Positions 1 to 9,330 of a stretch of 28,629 nt of DNA are shown piece after piece (position 1 is the stretch's first letter; the number at the start of each line of letters is the position of its first letter). Origin of the DNA: an uncultured virus (IMG/VR IMGVR_UViG_3300031565_000011) (Duplodnaviria > Heunggongvirae > Uroviricota > Caudoviricetes); IMG/VR virus record IMGVR_UViG_3300031565_000011; one strand, 5' to 3'. The translations under genes were made by a program, and so were the position numbers. The notes below the pieces were generated by a model. It was not told the DNA's origin. It searched no databases and was given only the letters and a program-made list of their open reading frames with translations.

Positions 1-171
1 AGTCTTCAACTGCGCCACGTCCACGCTATCCACGGTGCCGGTTACTGAGATGTTGCCGGTCACCTCTAAGCCGTTGGAAACCTTCAACTTTGGAATAGTC
101 CCGTAATTAGCCGTGTTCGGAACCCCAAGGTTGCCAGTGGCAAGCACGACCGCTAATTTGTAGTCCGCCAT
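1..171 (-). CDS. Putative virion structural/tail-fibre-associated protein, N-terminal part (runs off the window)
   Basis: Not in the ORF track. ATG at 171 with GGAGG RBS; open frame MADYKLAVVLATGNLGVPNTANYGTIPKLKVSNGLEVTGNISVTGTVDSVDVAQLKT to position 1; LEVTGNISVTGTVD beta-rich motif typical of fibre proteins. Confidence 0.65.
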   Translation of the reverse strand, partial: MADYKLAVVLATGNLGVPNTANYGTIPKLKVSNGLEVTGNISVTGTVDSVDVAQLKT

Positions 172-210
172 CTCACATTCCTCCGCAATTGTAGAATTGA
201 CTCGGTTGTC

Positions 211-834
211 TTATTCTATTTCAACCACGCAGTTGGGTGCAACGATCACCTCAGTGGTATTTTTCGCTATTCCCAATCTTTGGATAATTTTATATAATGG
301 TGGCATAGGATCAAAAATCGGGTTAACTATATGTTCCCCAGCTATTGTACTTAAGAAAAGGCGATCTTGTGCTGCGAGGCCACTAAAACCATCCACCCTT
401 CCAAGCAACCTAACCTTAGCAATCGTAGAAATCGGCTTTACCACAACAATTCCAATAGCCTCCAGGACTTTATCTGTCGCAGATGCAAGAATTACAGTAT
501 CATTCTCGCCCTGAGCAACCCAATTATTAACGCTAACTTCAGCGGCACAGTTATACAATACGTCAACCGACGACCCTCCGCCTCCGCCGCTCCCCCCGTA
601 AAACTGGGTCCACTCAAAGCCATCCCAATATTCATAACATTCTTCGTCCGTGTTCCAACCAACAGGATGAGGTACTCCGACGCTTGGGGTCGGACGAGTC
701 GCATCATCCCATGTTCCGCCAATTCGTTCTGTTAACCCTTCTATTTGATCGTCAGGATTATTGAACAAATCTTCATGAAGTGGGGTCGTCGAAACAACCT
801 TTAACTTCGGATAAGGATATTTAATCTCACCCAT
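211..834 (-). CDS. Putative virion structural protein (YWDGxxW module, Gly linker, C-terminal DUF2190/decoration-like beta domain)
   Basis: 207 aa ORF; GWNTDEECYEYWDGFEW motif, GGSGGGGG linker, AIGIVV...GLAAQDRLFLS...QRLGIA pattern; lies in a structural gene run. Confidence 0.55.
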   Translation of the reverse strand: MGEIKYPYPKLKVVSTTPLHEDLFNNPDDQIEGLTERIGGTWDDATRPTPSVGVPHPVGWNTDEECYEYWDGFEWTQFYGGSGGGGGSSVDVLYNCAAEVSVNNWVAQGENDTVILASATDKVLEAIGIVVVKPISTIAKVRLLGRVDGFSGLAAQDRLFLSTIAGEHIVNPIFDPMPPLYKIIQRLGIAKNTTEVIVAPNCVVEIE

Positions 835-867
835 TGCATATCACGTCCTACTTCCGCAATCGAACTA

Positions 868-1275
868 CTATGACGTAATTTCACTGAGCGTCGTAAATCC
901 TTTCTTTATTCCGATCATTATACAAAGAAACATTTCACCTCCGGTCCCCTTTGCGAATGCCCAATCCCCATCCTCTGACAAACTGGACAAGTCGGATAAT
1001 ATAGGAGTAGTTCCGGCGAGTAAAATTTGAGCCTTTCCGGTAGAATGGGGAACGGGCTCTCCGAGATGGGCCCCAACAAGGCCATTTAATGTAGTTTCAT
1101 CCGGAGCAGATAAGACTCCAGAAAATACAACCTTACAGTCCCCGTTTATCTCGTCTATTCTTTCAAGCGTGGCGGATGAGATTGAACTCTGATTTATCTC
1201 GACGGTAAAAACCGAGGTATCCACCTTATGGTTGGGAAAGTTGTCGTTGATTGAATACGTATAAGTTTCGGACAT
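868..1275 (-). CDS. Putative virion structural protein
   Basis: Start moved to ATG 1275 (GGAGGG RBS, TAATG overlap with the upstream stop); 135 aa. Confidence 0.55.
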   Translation of the reverse strand: MSETYTYSINDNFPNHKVDTSVFTVEINQSSISSATLERIDEINGDCKVVFSGVLSAPDETTLNGLVGAHLGEPVPHSTGKAQILLAGTTPILSDLSSLSEDGDWAFAKGTGGEMFLCIMIGIKKGFTTLSEITS

Positions 1276-1736
1276 TATGCCACCCTCCAAATTTCAATTC
1301 TTGCATCTGCGATTCCCTGAGCAGTTCCGCCTATGAAATCAGCGAATTGGATTTTTAATGTTTTGGCAGCCCCTGTGAAAATTATCTCTGCAAATCCGCC
1401 TATACTGGTTCTATCATTGTCCGTTTTGATTTTTCGTATCTCTTCCTGAATTACGACAGCGTTGGTGGAATTATAAAGCCTAAATTTTCCTTGATCGTCG
1501 ACGTTATCTACAGTTGCCATCCAGCCAACTCGATAAGTTCCAGTTAGTGCCGGAGTGGTAAGAGTTACCTTATCCTGATAAACGGCCGACGTTGTCGTTT
1601 GTCGTGCAAGGGAGACGGCTGTCTGATAATTCTTGCCGAAAACCGCAGCGGTTGCAGAGCCCAAGCAGCTGCACATCTGAGTACAGCTAACCTTATCGAC
1701 TTGCATGACCCCATCGATCAAACCTTCTTTTGCCAT
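1275..1736 (-). CDS. Putative tail-fibre/virion protein (beta-sandwich C-terminal domain)
   Basis: 153 aa, Thr-rich, GTYRVGW...ARIEIWRVA beta-strand pattern; GAGG RBS. Confidence 0.55.
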   Translation of the reverse strand: MAKEGLIDGVMQVDKVSCTQMCSCLGSATAAVFGKNYQTAVSLARQTTTSAVYQDKVTLTTPALTGTYRVGWMATVDNVDDQGKFRLYNSTNAVVIQEEIRKIKTDNDRTSIGGFAEIIFTGAAKTLKIQFADFIGGTAQGIADARIEIWRVA

Positions 1737-1746
1737 CTATCTATCC

Positions 1747-2322
1747 TCAAGCCTGTAGACGAGTAACGGCAATACGAGCTTCCCATTTAATTGTCGTAGC
1801 TGCAACGCCAGTAACCCGAACGTCCACCGTCTGGTTTGTGGTATCGGCTTCCAAATTTACATCATATGCCGAGGTCGATCTACGTATAAATAAAGAAGCA
1901 GTATTGCCCTGTTGTGTGACATTCCCCGCTGTATTGCGATAAAATACTCCCTCCAGATGATAGATAGCACGTTGGGTGCCATCCGACTTCCTGGCTACAA
2001 CAATAACCTCGGCATCAACCACTTCTTCCTCAGCAACAGTAATAGCTTCCAAATCAACCGGAGTTGCGTCCAAGGTCGTAATGGTCTTTGTGTATCGTTC
2101 CGTCGTCAAACCAGTTTTCAACTTTCCCACGTTGATATCGTCTAAATTGGAAAAGGCATCATCGCCCCCTATAATATGGGCGCTATGATGTAACTTCGGA
2201 GATTGAACCACACGTATCAAGGCATCAAGACCAGGGTAACCATTCGCGATGCCTTTCTCAGCCTGGTCCTGGATTACATTGTCGGCAATTTCTTGTTCGA
2301 CAAGATTTTTCTCGTTTGCCAT
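1747..2322 (-). CDS. Putative virion structural/tail-associated protein
   Basis: 191 aa; EKGIANGYPGLD motif common in fibre proteins, beta-rich C-terminus. Confidence 0.55.
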   Translation of the reverse strand: MANEKNLVEQEIADNVIQDQAEKGIANGYPGLDALIRVVQSPKLHHSAHIIGGDDAFSNLDDINVGKLKTGLTTERYTKTITTLDATPVDLEAITVAEEEVVDAEVIVVARKSDGTQRAIYHLEGVFYRNTAGNVTQQGNTASLFIRRSTSAYDVNLEADTTNQTVDVRVTGVAATTIKWEARIAVTRLQA

Positions 2323-2329
2323 CTCTCTA

Positions 2330-3274
2330 TCATCCCCTCTGTCTAACTAGCTGAAGATACGTCCATGTCGCACCGGCGATGATATTCAGCACCCCTCCGG
2401 AGGTCTGATAGCCATGCATCTCGACGTAATCGCCCGCAACAAGATTTAAGACCTTTACATCAAGTACGATCGTCGTGAAAATTCCCACCGGATTTACATA
2501 ACCGGCAGAGATCAATGCCCCGTTAACATGTATTGTCGTGGAGCGAACACCATTTGCGTTTCCCGTCCACGTAATTTTCGCGATCGCAAGGTATTTCCCG
2601 GCCTCACCCGCTGGTACTGTAATCCTCGATGGATTCACGGCGGGATCGTGCATGGCGTCGGTGTCCCACGTCTCCGCGTCGAACGCGATTGGAGTCAACG
2701 TAGAGTCGTTAATGGCTTGGCCCGTTGACCGATAAACCGAACATGAAACATCGGCGCAAATTCCGCCAAGCGTATCGAGAGCGTCCTTGACCGTGACCCC
2801 AGCAACGCCGGAATCATTATCAACCTGAGAAGCGTCATAATCACTGGCCGCTGCTGCTACCGCTCCTGTTCTACCGAATACCGAGATAACAAAATCCGTA
2901 TGATCTGCCTTTTCCCAAATGGTCCCATTATGAACAACCCAATCGCTTGGCGAAAAGGCTATCGGGCCTGAACCAAGATCCTGAGTCCCAGCAATTGAAA
3001 CCACATAATAATATCCTTTAATTCCAGTCACGTCCGATATGGCAGGAGTATTTGTACTTGCATCCCACGTTCCTTGATAGCTAATTGCTCCAACAACCCC
3101 GGTAAAATCCTGCCATGAAGATCCGTTCCAAATATAGGCCTTCTTCGTATCAGAAACCGCACGAACGTCATCTACGGCATTTCCAGCAGAAGGAAGCGCC
3201 GTTATAGTGGCAACTGGATCTTTCCATCTTGGCGAACCAAATGGAGACTCAGGTCGTGTCACATTCCCTGACAT
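2330..3274 (-). CDS. Tail fibre/receptor-binding-like protein with C-terminal C1q/TNF-like beta-sandwich
   Basis: 314 aa; YQGTWDASTNTP, SVFGRTGAVAAAASDY and AFDAETWDTDAMHD...GKYL...LNLVAGDYVE motifs typical of phage fibre proteins; GGAGGT RBS. Confidence 0.65.
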   Translation of the reverse strand: MSGNVTRPESPFGSPRWKDPVATITALPSAGNAVDDVRAVSDTKKAYIWNGSSWQDFTGVVGAISYQGTWDASTNTPAISDVTGIKGYYYVVSIAGTQDLGSGPIAFSPSDWVVHNGTIWEKADHTDFVISVFGRTGAVAAAASDYDASQVDNDSGVAGVTVKDALDTLGGICADVSCSVYRSTGQAINDSTLTPIAFDAETWDTDAMHDPAVNPSRITVPAGEAGKYLAIAKITWTGNANGVRSTTIHVNGALISAGYVNPVGIFTTIVLDVKVLNLVAGDYVEMHGYQTSGGVLNIIAGATWTYLQLVRQRG

Positions 3275-3276
3275 TA

Positions 3277-3726
3277 CTACCTCCTGGCGCTAGCGACAAG
3301 CATTGCAATGAAAGTTCCCGACGTTCCACCCACCGGTTTAATAGCAAGCCAAATAAATCCCCGTTTATCACCGATTTCATGCGTCACGAATAGAATAGGA
3401 ATAAGCGATTTATCATGTGAGGTGGTGACGCCGAGTACTTCATATACAACATGTAAAAGAGTTCCAGCCGCTTTGTCCCGAACCTCGACATCGAACGATG
3501 TGCAGTCCCCTCCGGTTTTAAGGACGACAACCCTTTCAAGGGCTCCAGCCTCAAGCCGTCCTTCATCTCCTCTGTTCCAAGTAAGCATTTTTTCAGTAAA
3601 CGAACCCGTCGGTGTAGCTGCGAATTCGGCTCCTTCAGCCTTGGCAATAACGACTCGTCCGTCAACTACTAAATTGTCATACTCGAGATCGAGTACTGAC
3701 TTATGGAAATCGTCTTGCGCGCCCAT
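3277..3726 (-). CDS. Hypothetical protein (possibly structural)
   Basis: 149 aa ORF, AGGAG RBS, co-oriented and tightly packed. Confidence 0.6.
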   Translation of the reverse strand: MGAQDDFHKSVLDLEYDNLVVDGRVVIAKAEGAEFAATPTGSFTEKMLTWNRGDEGRLEAGALERVVVLKTGGDCTSFDVEVRDKAAGTLLHVVYEVLGVTTSHDKSLIPILFVTHEIGDKRGFIWLAIKPVGGTSGTFIAMLVASARR

Positions 3727-3736
3727 TCTTACTCTC

Positions 3737-4066
3737 CTAACTGATCCCTATTCGTTCAGCGAACTTCGTCGTTCGCAAGATTTCCTTGAATCCAGCCGCC
3801 GAATCATGTGAGTACTTTTCGAGCAGACGACTGACCTCGGAATAGAAAGACTCCACTCCCTCGGGAACCCGCTCTACTACAACTGCCTTTCCCGGAGAAA
3901 TATGAAACCTTACTATTCTTTGAAGCGCGGCAAGGCCAAAGAATGCCCGGATCGTATCCACTGTCAAAATCATCTCTTTATACCTTATTCGACCATGCTG
4001 TGGTTCAAAGATAACCTGTTCCTTTGGGGCAATGGAAGCGAGTTTCCTATCTTTTCTATTTCCCAT
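3737..4066 (-). CDS. Hypothetical protein
   Basis: 109 aa ORF, GGAGGG RBS. Confidence 0.6.
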   Translation of the reverse strand: MGNRKDRKLASIAPKEQVIFEPQHGRIRYKEMILTVDTIRAFFGLAALQRIVRFHISPGKAVVVERVPEGVESFYSEVSRLLEKYSHDSAAGFKEILRTTKFAERIGIS

Positions 4067-4104
4067 CTTTTCCCTCCTGCCAACTGGCTGGAAAATAGCT
4101 AATC

Positions 4105-4809
4105 CTAATCGGGAGTATTGCTTGTATGAACCGACCAGATGTCCAGGATATCCACGTGGTGCGAATGCCCTTCCACTTCCTTGGTTGAACCCATGACCCG
4201 GTATCCCGAGGTATCCAGTTTGTTGAGTGGCACTTCGATGGCATGCTTGTGGACTGCCAGGGTCGCCGCAACCTTCTTGGTGAAATCAGTTTCGTTCGAC
4301 CCCTCTTCTGGTTTTCCGAGTTTCCAGAAAACTGCGTTCTCCATGGTCTCGCCCTGGAAAACCTTCAGAGACTTCCCGTTGACCATTTTCTCGACGATAT
4401 CGCCCACCGCCATATGAACGTGACCATCGAATTCGCCGGTGACGAAAGCGATCTGTTTCTTTGAGATTGCACGAACCTTGACGTCCTTGTCCACGAAAAT
4501 AGCGGACATTTTGATCTTCGTTCCTGGAGTCGCGTTTTTCATTTCCTCTTCCAGTTTCGGCATCGCGTCCTTCAAGTCTAAAAAGACGTAGGACTTTGTG
4601 ACGTATCTCCAGTCTCTCTTTTCGCCCAGCCCGAATTCCACGTCCATAGACACGTTGACGACGAACCCGTTCTCCGCGCTCTGAAGCGTGACCCGTTTTT
4701 CACGAATGATGCCTTCCATGTCCTGCTTCTGGACAAGCATATCGACGAACGGGTTGATTGGCTCCTGCTTCCCAGTGAGTCGGTCCTCGAACCTCTTTAA
4801 AATCTCCAT
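4105..4809 (-). CDS. Hypothetical protein with three HxH motifs (YmaF-like His repeats)
   Basis: 234 aa, AAGGAG RBS; DGHVH, VHKH and EGHSHH motifs in the C-terminal half. Confidence 0.65.
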   Translation of the reverse strand: MEILKRFEDRLTGKQEPINPFVDMLVQKQDMEGIIREKRVTLQSAENGFVVNVSMDVEFGLGEKRDWRYVTKSYVFLDLKDAMPKLEEEMKNATPGTKIKMSAIFVDKDVKVRAISKKQIAFVTGEFDGHVHMAVGDIVEKMVNGKSLKVFQGETMENAVFWKLGKPEEGSNETDFTKKVAATLAVHKHAIEVPLNKLDTSGYRVMGSTKEVEGHSHHVDILDIWSVHTSNTPD

Positions 4810-4822
4810 AGTATTCTCCTTT

Positions 4823-5053
4823 CTACTTAGTTCTTCTTTTCAGGACTACTTGAGCTATCCCATCATCAGTAAACCTATACCGAGATGCGCCCAAGTATTC
4901 AAGAAACCCCTCGGCTACCAGCCATGCCATCCAGTACCAAATCCTATGGTCTTCGTTCTCGTTTATTTGCAGAGACGGTAATGCAAGTCGAATGGCGGTG
5001 TACGGACTCTTTGGACCCTTTAGTTGTCCGCGAATTATATCAGCGCCTTCCAT
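4823..5053 (-). CDS. Hypothetical protein (possible winged-helix fragment)
   Basis: 76 aa; LVAEGFLE...YRFTDDG resembles a wHTH wing. Confidence 0.45.
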   Translation of the reverse strand: MEGADIIRGQLKGPKSPYTAIRLALPSLQINENEDHRIWYWMAWLVAEGFLEYLGASRYRFTDDGIAQVVLKRRTK

Positions 5054-5095
5054 TCGCCGCGTCCATGATTATTTAATTCTAACCACCTTGCATCA

Positions 5096-5377
5096 TTAGC
5101 ATGATGATTTCACGAATGTTTTCAAGAATCGAACTTTGTTTTCCCTTTTTTGTTTCTTAGTCATGGCCTCAAGCGAACCAGCCCTGCTCCTAGTCAACCC
5201 GGTTCGAACTGCTAACAGCCTGAACGGGCCTCTGCTCCTGGTATATTTCGCTCCCTTTCCTTCTTCATGTTTTTTGATTCTGGAACCAAGGTTGTTAGTT
5301 ATTCCGCAATATATAGAACCATTCTTCTCGCAAAGGAGTAAATAACAACACCAAGATGGTTCGACTTTTGATTTCAT
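5096..5377 (-). CDS. GIY-YIG nuclease family protein (UPF0213/YhbQ-like)
   Basis: CYLLLC..GSIYCGITNNL..RIKKH..GKGAKYTRSRGP is the family signature; GGAGG RBS. Confidence 0.9.
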   Translation of the reverse strand: MKSKVEPSWCCYLLLCEKNGSIYCGITNNLGSRIKKHEEGKGAKYTRSRGPFRLLAVRTGLTRSRAGSLEAMTKKQKRENKVRFLKTFVKSSC

Positions 5378-5401
5378 ATATCAAGCCTCCCTCCACTCGG
5401 A

Positions 5402-5692
5402 CTAGGTCGCAAGTGGAGGGAAAGATGGCTCTTTAATACAGGTCCCGTAGGAAGCCTGTCGTGGAAGTTCTTTCACACTTGAAGTCGGCGAGGGCGCCTC
5501 GCATCGAGGCCCTAACAGTTCGAGAAACCCCGATGTATAGAATGGTAGCAACCACTTGTTCAGATCTATTAATGATCCGCCTTCCTCTACCACCGTCGAC
5601 TCATGGCAAAGGAGTGCTGACTCGGTCGGACCGGAAGAGGACCCGAGCAAGAATATCACCATGATGGTCTGGACTAAAATTAGGATATACAT
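5402..5692 (-). CDS. Hypothetical protein with hydrophobic N-terminus (membrane/secreted)
   Basis: 96 aa ORF filling the gap between GroES and GIY-YIG genes; hydrophobic first 16 aa. Confidence 0.4.
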   Translation of the reverse strand: MYILILVQTIMVIFLLGSSSGPTESALLCHESTVVEEGGSLIDLNKWLLPFYTSGFLELLGPRCEAPSPTSSVKELPRQASYGTCIKEPSFPPLAT

Positions 5693-5718
5693 GGCCCACC
5701 CTTCCGACTTGGGCTTAT

Positions 5719-6012
5719 CTATTTCTCCACGACCATAAAGATATCGCAGAGTGAAACGACCACGTATGGCTGACCCGCCAACTCGATATCCACCCCTCCG
5801 TTCGGGAAGAAAAGAATATGCTCTCCTTCCGTCACCGGACTCTCTTCGTGAAGATCGGTATTACTGCAGGGCCCCACTGCGACTACAGTACCCTCTGCGA
5901 GAATCTTTTTCGACACGTCCGGCAAGACAATGCCCCCTGGAGTTACTTCCTCCGGGGTCTTTCTTTTCACTAACACCCTATCGACCATCATCCGAACCTT
6001 GAGCCTTTCCAT
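5719..6012 (-). CDS. groES: Co-chaperonin GroES (Cpn10)
   Basis: DRVLV...EEVTPGGIVLPD mobile loop, EGTVVAVGP motif; start moved to ATG 6012 behind AGGAGG, giving 97 aa. Confidence 0.93.
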   Translation of the reverse strand: MERLKVRMMVDRVLVKRKTPEEVTPGGIVLPDVSKKILAEGTVVAVGPCSNTDLHEESPVTEGEHILFFPNGGVDIELAGQPYVVVSLCDIFMVVEK

Positions 6013-6068
6013 TGCTTTCCTCCTATCTTGCCATCTTGGCCTGGAGACTACTCTTTTCGAGAAGCACT

Positions 6069-6257
6069 TCATCTCTTCGCCTCTCTAAGTCTTTCCGCCA
6101 ACTTCTCAGCATATAAAGCAATAGTTCCTTCCTCATCTGAAATACGCCCCCCATTTTTGAGAATCTCCCATGCGTGGAAAAGCCGCTCGATTTGCTCTTT
6201 ATGCTCTGGGTTATCCAAGCCACCATACCAATGCTCTGCGCCACCTAGTCCTTTCAT
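6069..6257 (-). CDS. Hypothetical protein
   Basis: 62 aa ORF co-oriented with neighbours. Confidence 0.4.
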   Translation of the reverse strand: MKGLGGAEHWYGGLDNPEHKEQIERLFHAWEILKNGGRISDEEGTIALYAEKLAERLREAKR

Positions 6258-6272
6258 TATTATCGACCCCAG

Positions 6273-6464
6273 TCAGACCAATACCCCATATTTCTCTGCT
6301 TCCTTTTCTACCTTCCCGGCATCCAGTACCTTTAGGCAATTCAAGCAGGTAACCCCTGCCTTATTATTCGTGGTCCGATTTACCCGAATTCCACAGAGCG
6401 AATTATGGTACCCCTTATATGCTGAACTAACCGAACATCGGAAATGTATTTTCTTTTCGGTCAT
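6273..6464 (-). CDS. Small Cys-containing hypothetical protein
   Basis: 63 aa; IH...SLCG...VTCLNC possible Zn-binding pattern. Confidence 0.5.
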   Translation of the reverse strand: MTEKKIHFRCSVSSAYKGYHNSLCGIRVNRTTNNKAGVTCLNCLKVLDAGKVEKEAEKYGVLV

Positions 6465-6465
6465 T

Positions 6466-6684
6466 CTACATCAACCTGATATACTCAGGAACTCGCAGTA
6501 CCAATCCCCTTCCGAAGAGTATCTCTGACGTCTTATGATTGAGCAGCATTCGATATATCCCTGGCTTATCCCTTGCCAAGCAGAATAGTGCCCAAACTAG
6601 TCGCATATTCATTTCGTTACTCCGGTATATCAAAATCCTTGCATATATCTTCTTCTGTTTTATACCAACAACCAAAGTTGCCAT
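6466..6684 (-). CDS. Hypothetical protein
   Basis: 72 aa ORF abutting the next gene. Confidence 0.4.
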   Translation of the reverse strand: MATLVVGIKQKKIYARILIYRSNEMNMRLVWALFCLARDKPGIYRMLLNHKTSEILFGRGLVLRVPEYIRLM

Positions 6685-7107
6685 CTACCACAATATACCA
6701 ACCTAATTTACTATCAAATTGGATAACCTCTCCCACCGACCTAGTTCCTTAGCAGATAATAACAACCCCTTCCTTACTTCCGGCATTTTATTCTTCCTGC
6801 CAATAATCCATTACAACCATTACAACTACTACTACCGAATGGTTTTAATCAACCCAAAAAATGTATATGTTTTCTGCTGGCTTTCTTTTTTGTATTTCTG
6901 ACTCCTTTTCAGATCCAAAGACAAAGAATGGTTTATTATATAGTTATTATGGGCGTTATTCGACCTGGCGATAAATGGTTGTATCCATTCGTATTTTTTG
7001 ATTTGTCTTTAAAAGCCTAAATAACGTTTAAATCAAAAGCTTAATCCGAAAATCAAAGGAATTCATTAGTTTGTTGTCAAGTTCAATTCGCCTACCCAAC
7101 ATCGCTC

Positions 7108-7339
7108 CCCTGGCGCTTTCCATGATATCCCCTTTCATTGACCCTTGTCTACCTATCAGAGTACTCCCTGGTCGATTCTGGAGCGCCTGAAAGGGACTCC
7201 AGGGGCTCACTATATCCGCTTCCCTGGGTCGCTTTCGAGTAGATAAGCATTCCGGCCCGCATTCCCCTGGATTCCCCTACCCCTTTCCGCTCCCTTGAAT
7301 CGAGGCGTCGGAAAGCGCCCCCTTTCAATCCCTTTCCGC
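7108..7339. repeat. Cluster of short repeats in a long non-coding region
   Basis: CCCTGG/CCAGGG at 7108, 7166, 7199, 7222, 7265; ATTCCCCT at 7261 and 7271; CCCTTTCCGC at 7281 and 7330. Confidence 0.55.
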
Positions 7340-7566
7340 CCCGATATCCTACTGATTCCGACCATTCAGCGCTCCAATCTTTAAAATGCTTTAGGGGAGT
7401 CTTGAGCGCTGAGAGAAGAGAGAGACTAACGCTTTTAGAGGGATAGCCAAAGCCCTATGCTTATTCCCTATGGCTATTGCTCATATATTAACTCTTCTAA
7501 CTCGGTTCTTATTCTTTCTTCTCGCTTTTGGGGGGATAATCCTCTGACGCTTATATGCTTATCGCT

Positions 7567-7782
7567 CTATGCTCTTATATTGTAGTTGATAGGCTCTTTG
7601 GTTCTATTCTTTCTTTGTTTCTTTTCAAACCATATCTTAACTATATCCGGTTGAACATCCTTAGTTATGGTTATATGGTAAAAAGAAAGCAGTCGTCCAA
7701 TACCCATTGTCTTGAGCTTTCGTTCTTCTTCAACGGCTCCTTTACCGAATTTATTAGTTACCCCAGCAAGGTATATCTTCAT
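7567..7782 (-). CDS. Small hypothetical protein (MKIYLAG family)
   Basis: 71 aa, AAGGAG RBS; paralogous to the ORF at 17249-17434. Confidence 0.7.
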   Translation of the reverse strand: MKIYLAGVTNKFGKGAVEEERKLKTMGIGRLLSFYHITITKDVQPDIVKIWFEKKQRKNRTKEPINYNIRA

Positions 7783-7879
7783 ATGTTCTCTCCTTGCTTC
7801 TTATTCTTATTCTGTGTTTTCTTTTCAATGAGGCGCTTTTAAGGGGATAGCTCGCTTTCGTCTATCGCTTATCCCCCTA

Positions 7880-8102
7880 TTATACATATCTTCCCCCCTA
7901 TCTGATGGACCTTATATCTACATTCCTTTTCCATTTCTTTCCTTTATACAATCCTATCTCCCATGTAATTCCTTTCAAATCTATAACAAAATGCGGACCA
8001 TCAGTGCCTCCATATAACACAACCTTCTCTTTCAATTCTGGTAACTCGTCTATTTCCTTTTGTGTAATTCCACTCATAAGTTCGTTATACATATCTTCCC
8101 CC
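7880..8102. repeat. 18-bp exact direct repeat TTATACATATCTTCCCCC (7880-7897, 8085-8102)
   Basis: Read directly; on the minus strand it is GGGGGAAGAT-ATG-TAT-AA (RBS plus start codon). Confidence 0.85.
7898..8092 (-). CDS. Hypothetical protein
   Basis: 64 aa, GGGGG RBS. Confidence 0.6.
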   Translation of the reverse strand: MYNELMSGITQKEIDELPELKEKVVLYGGTDGPHFVIDLKGITWEIGLYKGKKWKRNVDIRSIR

Positions 8103-8152
8103 TTGTCTTCTTCCTGCTTTATATCTTCTATAGACTCTTTAGCCTGGATATC

Positions 8153-8425
8153 TTACCATTCACTACAGGCAAGATAATTATGCCCGGTTCCACAATAGAT
8201 CGCATACCAATCAGACGCCTTATGTTCGACCTTTGTTCCATCAAAGTTGATCTCGAAGACCATGTCCGCTGGGATCTCTTTGATGACAATCGCTTCAAGT
8301 GGCGCCGGCTCCTCACCGGTATCTTGCACCGCCTTCCGCCAAACTTCTATCGCTTTCGCACAATCGGCACCGATAACCCAATGGTGTGCGCCATCATTGA
8401 TTTCCCAAACGCAACTATGCTTCAT
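8153..8425 (-). CDS. Hypothetical protein
   Basis: 90 aa, AAGGAG RBS, ATGA overlap with the upstream gene. Confidence 0.65.
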   Translation of the reverse strand: MKHSCVWEINDGAHHWVIGADCAKAIEVWRKAVQDTGEEPAPLEAIVIKEIPADMVFEINFDGTKVEHKASDWYAIYCGTGHNYLACSEW

Positions 8426-8754
8426 ATCTTCTCTCCTTTCTTTTCGGTCGGTTCCTTTATCGTATACCCAAAGCCTTCACAAGTGGGGCAAACAGCAGAA
8501 ACTTTGTCAACTTTTTCTCCCCTTAGTTTCCTCTCCGCCCTATCAAAAGTATCTATTATCTTTTCAAAGATTTCTCCCGCTATCTTCTCCGCCTCACCAA
8601 AAGTTATCTGTTCTGGTAGATTAACCCAAAGAAAGGCATTTATTTTTTCCTTTAATTCGTCGACTTGTGTATCTCTAAATTTCTCGAAGTCCTCTATTAT
8701 TGTAGCATAGCTTTTAATATGAGAACCGCCCGATATTTCTTCTTCACAGTACAT
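8422..8754 (-). CDS. Hypothetical protein with C-terminal CxxCxGxG motif
   Basis: 110 aa, AAGGAGG RBS; CPTCEGFG. Confidence 0.65.
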   Translation of the reverse strand: MYCEEEISGGSHIKSYATIIEDFEKFRDTQVDELKEKINAFLWVNLPEQITFGEAEKIAGEIFEKIIDTFDRAERKLRGEKVDKVSAVCPTCEGFGYTIKEPTEKKGEKI

Positions 8755-8782
8755 TTCTTCCTCCTTCTGGCCTCTGCCGGAG

Positions 8783-9271
8783 TTAACGCCATCCCTTGAT
8801 ATAATCCTTATCTTTTAATTTCCCAACGATCGCCACCTGCCTTGCCAATATATTAACCGGCCACTCTAATTTAATTCCCGCCTGCTTTAAAGTAGCCGTG
8901 ACATCTATTCCCATAGCCTCGGGGCAAAAAGAAGCAGCATAATCTTTCCCCATTTTTAATAATAATCTATTGACCTTTTCCTGAAGTTTCTTTCTCGCCC
9001 CGTTCTGCCAATATAGACAACAATTCAACTGTCTCAAAGTCCAAAGAGGATGTTTTGCTTTTAACTTATTCCTATGCCTTTCTAAATTAAACTCATTTAT
9101 AGCCGCAAAGAAAGGCTTCCTCATTAAAAATATATCTTCAAAGAATGGGGCAGAAGGCGGACAACCCTCTTTAATATTATAATTCGGACACCCATCAGGA
9201 TGTCCCGGATACGCCCTTTTGCAGAGCCTTCTAACTTTATGTCTAATAACAGGATTTATTCTAATTATCAT
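8783..9271 (-). CDS. DUF2284-like predicted metal-binding protein
   Basis: 162 aa; C...GCPNY...GCPP and PEAMGIDV motifs. Confidence 0.7.
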   Translation of the reverse strand: MIIRINPVIRHKVRRLCKRAYPGHPDGCPNYNIKEGCPPSAPFFEDIFLMRKPFFAAINEFNLERHRNKLKAKHPLWTLRQLNCCLYWQNGARKKLQEKVNRLLLKMGKDYAASFCPEAMGIDVTATLKQAGIKLEWPVNILARQVAIVGKLKDKDYIKGWR

Positions 9272-9330
9272 TTTTAATTATCCTAATTATCACTTTTACC
9301 TTACCTTTCTAATATCTCTTTATCTCCTTC

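Noticed and set aside
7028..7210. 60 aa minus-strand ORF in the non-coding region
   Set aside because: No clear RBS, repeat-derived sequence, no motif.
6690..8110. CRISPR or mini-array
   Set aside because: Repeats are short, irregularly spaced, or only two copies; no repeat-spacer periodicity and no cas genes.
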